Source: the human T2T-CHM13v2.0 reference genome, Homo sapiens. Taken from it: a stretch of DNA of 64,000 bases. Position numbers and translations under genes: made by a program. The stretch lies in assembly GCF_009914755.1 (NCBI RefSeq), contig NC_060930.1; one strand, 5' to 3'. This document shows, one piece after another, positions 61,139-64,000 of this stretch (its first letter is position 1; every line of letters starts with the position of its first letter). A model generated the notes under the pieces. It was not told the DNA's origin and made no database searches. It saw nothing but the letters and a program-made list of their open reading frames with translations.

Positions 61139-61663
61139 TAGACACACCTGAAGAAAATTATCTAGATAATAGTCCTCCAAATAATGAAAAGGTAAATATT
61201 TTAATCATTGTCTTCTTATGTCTTTCTCCTGCTAATCTCAGAAAAATAAAACTGAGTAGCATAATTCACATGTATTGACTTAAGTACGAAAGAAAGGATT
61301 TTACATTTAATTTACCTGGTTGACCATCCATTTTTGAAAGGCCCTGAGGAAGTTAGCTCAGCAAGTCATGTAGCTCAGTTCTGGCTAGATTGTGTTGATT
61401 AGCCATTTCATAATTTTATTACTGTCATCTTGACTTTAATTTGAACTGAATCTTTCAACATATGAAGGCAACTCATATGTATTTTAAAATGAATTACTGA
61501 GTGATTCACTGATGAAACATTCTGGGATGCTAGAAACATCACTGGAAGATTTAATGTACCATCCGAAGGTATACATAGAGGGTAAATTTATTGTGGCTAC
61601 TTGATTTGCAGCATACGACCCCATAACTCTCTGTGCATAACTGCTGCTCGGGTTTATTCTTAC

Positions 61664-61858
61664 CTCCAACACTGGACATTCTGGAGGAGTCCTGATGAGA
61701 GCTGGATTTATTGCGGTTTTGATTTTTTCGTTTGTTGGCTGCTCTCACGGATCGAAGAAGTACCTCACTCGCCTTGAAGAAGGCCACCATGAATGGTTGT
61801 TTTGACTGAGGTCCCTGTCTTCCCACAAGACCAGCAGATTTTACGTTGATACTGCGTC
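61664..61858 (-). CDS. BMP5: BMP5 exon 4: (G)[64 protein letters not shown](D); prodomain end, furin site, basic N-terminus of the mature ligand
   Basis: gttctag|GA...GGAG|gtaaga; 195 nt, phase 1-1; QPFMVAFFK motif of BMP5/6/7; RSVR at 61754-61743. Confidence 0.98.
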
Positions 61859-62457
61859 CTAGAACGTAATACAAAAGCACTTGGTTTATGAAAAAGAAAG
61901 AACAATTACCTGATGTGAATGAATTCTGAGGGTACTTTGAAAAGGGGAAAAGTTTTAAAACATTATCAGAATGCCTTCCTTACAGGCCAAGATTCTTATA
62001 AATATTGAGGCTTACTATTACAGACAATTATCCATCTATGGTGTTACATCTTGCATCATTCTTCCACCACAGAATACCCTCCAGCTGCTTTCACTCACTG
62101 AGAGCTTCTCAGACCTTGAAGTCAAGAATACTATAAATTGGAAGATTTGACTACTCATTCGCCTGGAAATGTCCACATTAAATAACAATTTAAAAAAATA
62201 TTAGCTATGGGCTCTTCGGCACTAAATGCCCTGTAATTTTCCTTTAAGTTATAAAAGCCGAATACTTGGCAGGGTGTTTCTACTTTCTCCAGCCTATTCG
62301 AAGCCTTTCAAGTGTTAATTAGTGGTGATAGCCTTTCCACCTTCACTTCTGGCCAGTGCCCAGCAACCTTTACTAAGCTGCACTACACTTAAAGTTCTTC
62401 ACAAGTCATTCTGGAAGCCTAGTCTGGGGATGGAGGTCTGCTTTAAGCCGCAGTTAT

Positions 62458-62501
62458 TAAAAGTAGTGGCAAAAACTGCAATTACCTTTGCACCAACCTG
62501 A
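62458..62501. mobile_element. Half MADE1 (Hsmar1 MITE, one TIR arm)
   Basis: TGGCAAAAACTGCAATTACCTTTGCACCAACCT matches the Hsmar1 TIR. Confidence 0.75.
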
Positions 62502-62849
62502 TAATTATCAATATGAAGTATTGTGAAATAAACATAGAAATTTTGGAATTCCTCCCCTTCTGAGTTTTGACACACCTAAATGTTTACTGAAAGGAATTCA
62601 GAAGAGGCAAACCAAGCCTGGAGACTCTCAGAAAGAAGAATAAACAATCCAAGTGAGCTTCAAGACTCAAATTTGCCTATAAACTAGCCTGTGTCTCAGA
62701 CCCTTATGTGTTCTTTGATGTGGTTATATATCAGTGAAAAGGGACACAACAAGTACCAATATAGGAGTGAGTTAAAAGTCAAGGTGCCCTAGAGATAAAG
62801 TTGATAAAGTACCTCTCCCATGTGGGTAGTAATAATAATACTTAAAACT

Positions 62850-62970
62850 ATGTCAAATCACTTTGGAGTGGTTGCTGTGCTAGGCATCTTTCTAAGTAGT
62901 TTCCATGCATTATTTAATTGGATTCCACAAATGCCCTACAGTTAGGTATTAATAGTATCCTCTTTTAGTA
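62850..62970 (-). mobile_element. MIR fragment
   Basis: GTGCTAGGCATCTTTCTAAGT..TTTCCATGCATTATTTAATT..ATTCCACAA..GCCCTA..GTTAGGTATT. Confidence 0.5.
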
Positions 62971-64000
62971 GTTTTTATTAGGCTCTTCTAATTTAAAATA
63001 ATCACTGAAAATTATATTTTATATATATGTGAAAAAGAAAACCATTGATATCTGGTTCAATGAAAATCATTCAAAGATGATATTTAACCTTAAATTGTAA
63101 ATTTGGTTAAGAATTATGTATATCTTATGCAAAGTTGCTACTCTAGATACAGAAGTTAGCAATCTTTTAAGAGTAACATATAATGTGGTTTGAAATATGT
63201 GCATGATTGACTCTGGCTTGCCCCATGAGAGATGTGCATGTTTTCTTAAAATATTTATTCAGTAAAGACTGTGGAGCAACCTCAGTCCATTATAAAACCT
63301 GACCCACCTTAGAAGAAAGGAAAGGAAAGCAAGTCCCCAAAATGGCATCAATGGCATTTTAGCAAATAAACCCTTGCTCTTAACAAAATTTATTTTGGCA
63401 GCATAAAAACTTTTGTGTATACTTCCATTGTGCAGAGAACAAGACCGTCAGAAAATGAGACCGTGTCGTATAAGGTTGTGCAGCTGTTGAGAGGGACGGA
63501 CACAGGGGTTCTTCAAATGTGGAGGTATTGGTTGAAAAAAAAAAAAAGGCTGCATCAATTTAGACAGCATAGGTATCCTCCACAGTTGTCTTACAACCTA
63601 CTGGGAAAAGTTGTCCAATTCCTACAAGTATTAAAATGGCCATCTGCCTCACAAATGCCACTATACTGAGTTCTACAAGAGAAGGGACTTACAAATAATC
63701 AAAGCAGTAAACCTTAAACAAATAAGCATATAGATTTCTCTTTTAAATGCAAACTTACAGTGGCTCTATGCCAGAGTCTATATTTTTTAGAAAAACTCTA
63801 TCACTGGCATAAATGAAAGAGGCAGTTTGATTTGTGGTCCGAGCAGTTTCCATTCTACTTCCACTGTAACAAATGTATTAATTCAGCTCAGACTTCCTCC
63901 TTCTGGCAGCCCTTTCACTGTAAAAAGAGAAATTAGAAGTTCCAGCCAAATACCATACCTTGAACTGACCCACTTCAATACATAAACACTTTTACAACAT

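Noticed and set aside
61551-61880. 109-aa ORF as a standalone gene
   Set aside because: It is BMP5 exon 4 plus flanking intronic read-through; the true limits are set by the AG/GT at 61859 and 61663

Overview
Human genomic DNA, AT-rich and repeat-dense. Human origin is supported by two human-specific insertions: an L1HS-Ta fragment and an AluYd8. The right third holds the 3' half of BMP5 (chr6p12.1 by established knowledge) on the minus strand: coding exons 4-7 (61858-61664, 48152-48076, 46738-46628, 43305-43156), all with GT-AG junctions in consistent phase. They encode the RSVR furin site and the complete 7-cysteine TGF-beta mature domain, followed by a ~1.9 kb 3'UTR with several poly(A) signals. 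The left ~41 kb is intergenic 3' flank with a full-length but dead L1PA4-like LINE (23.2-29.3 kb), Alus, MaLR LTRs, hAT/Tigger DNA transposons and L2/MIR relics. Intron 4 carries a near-full-length Tigger1. I found no new gene or novel system, and nearly all listed ORFs are repeat-derived or chance. The best leads are: a CFTR-like T34(TG)10 tract at the acceptor of in-frame exon 6; a short L1HS-Ta with a double poly(A) and no visible TSD; a near-consensus AluYd8; an AATAAA overlapping the exon 4 donor; and a RUNX/TCF motif cluster around exon 4. Repeat subfamily calls come from recalled consensus sequences, and the boundaries of old repeats are approximate.
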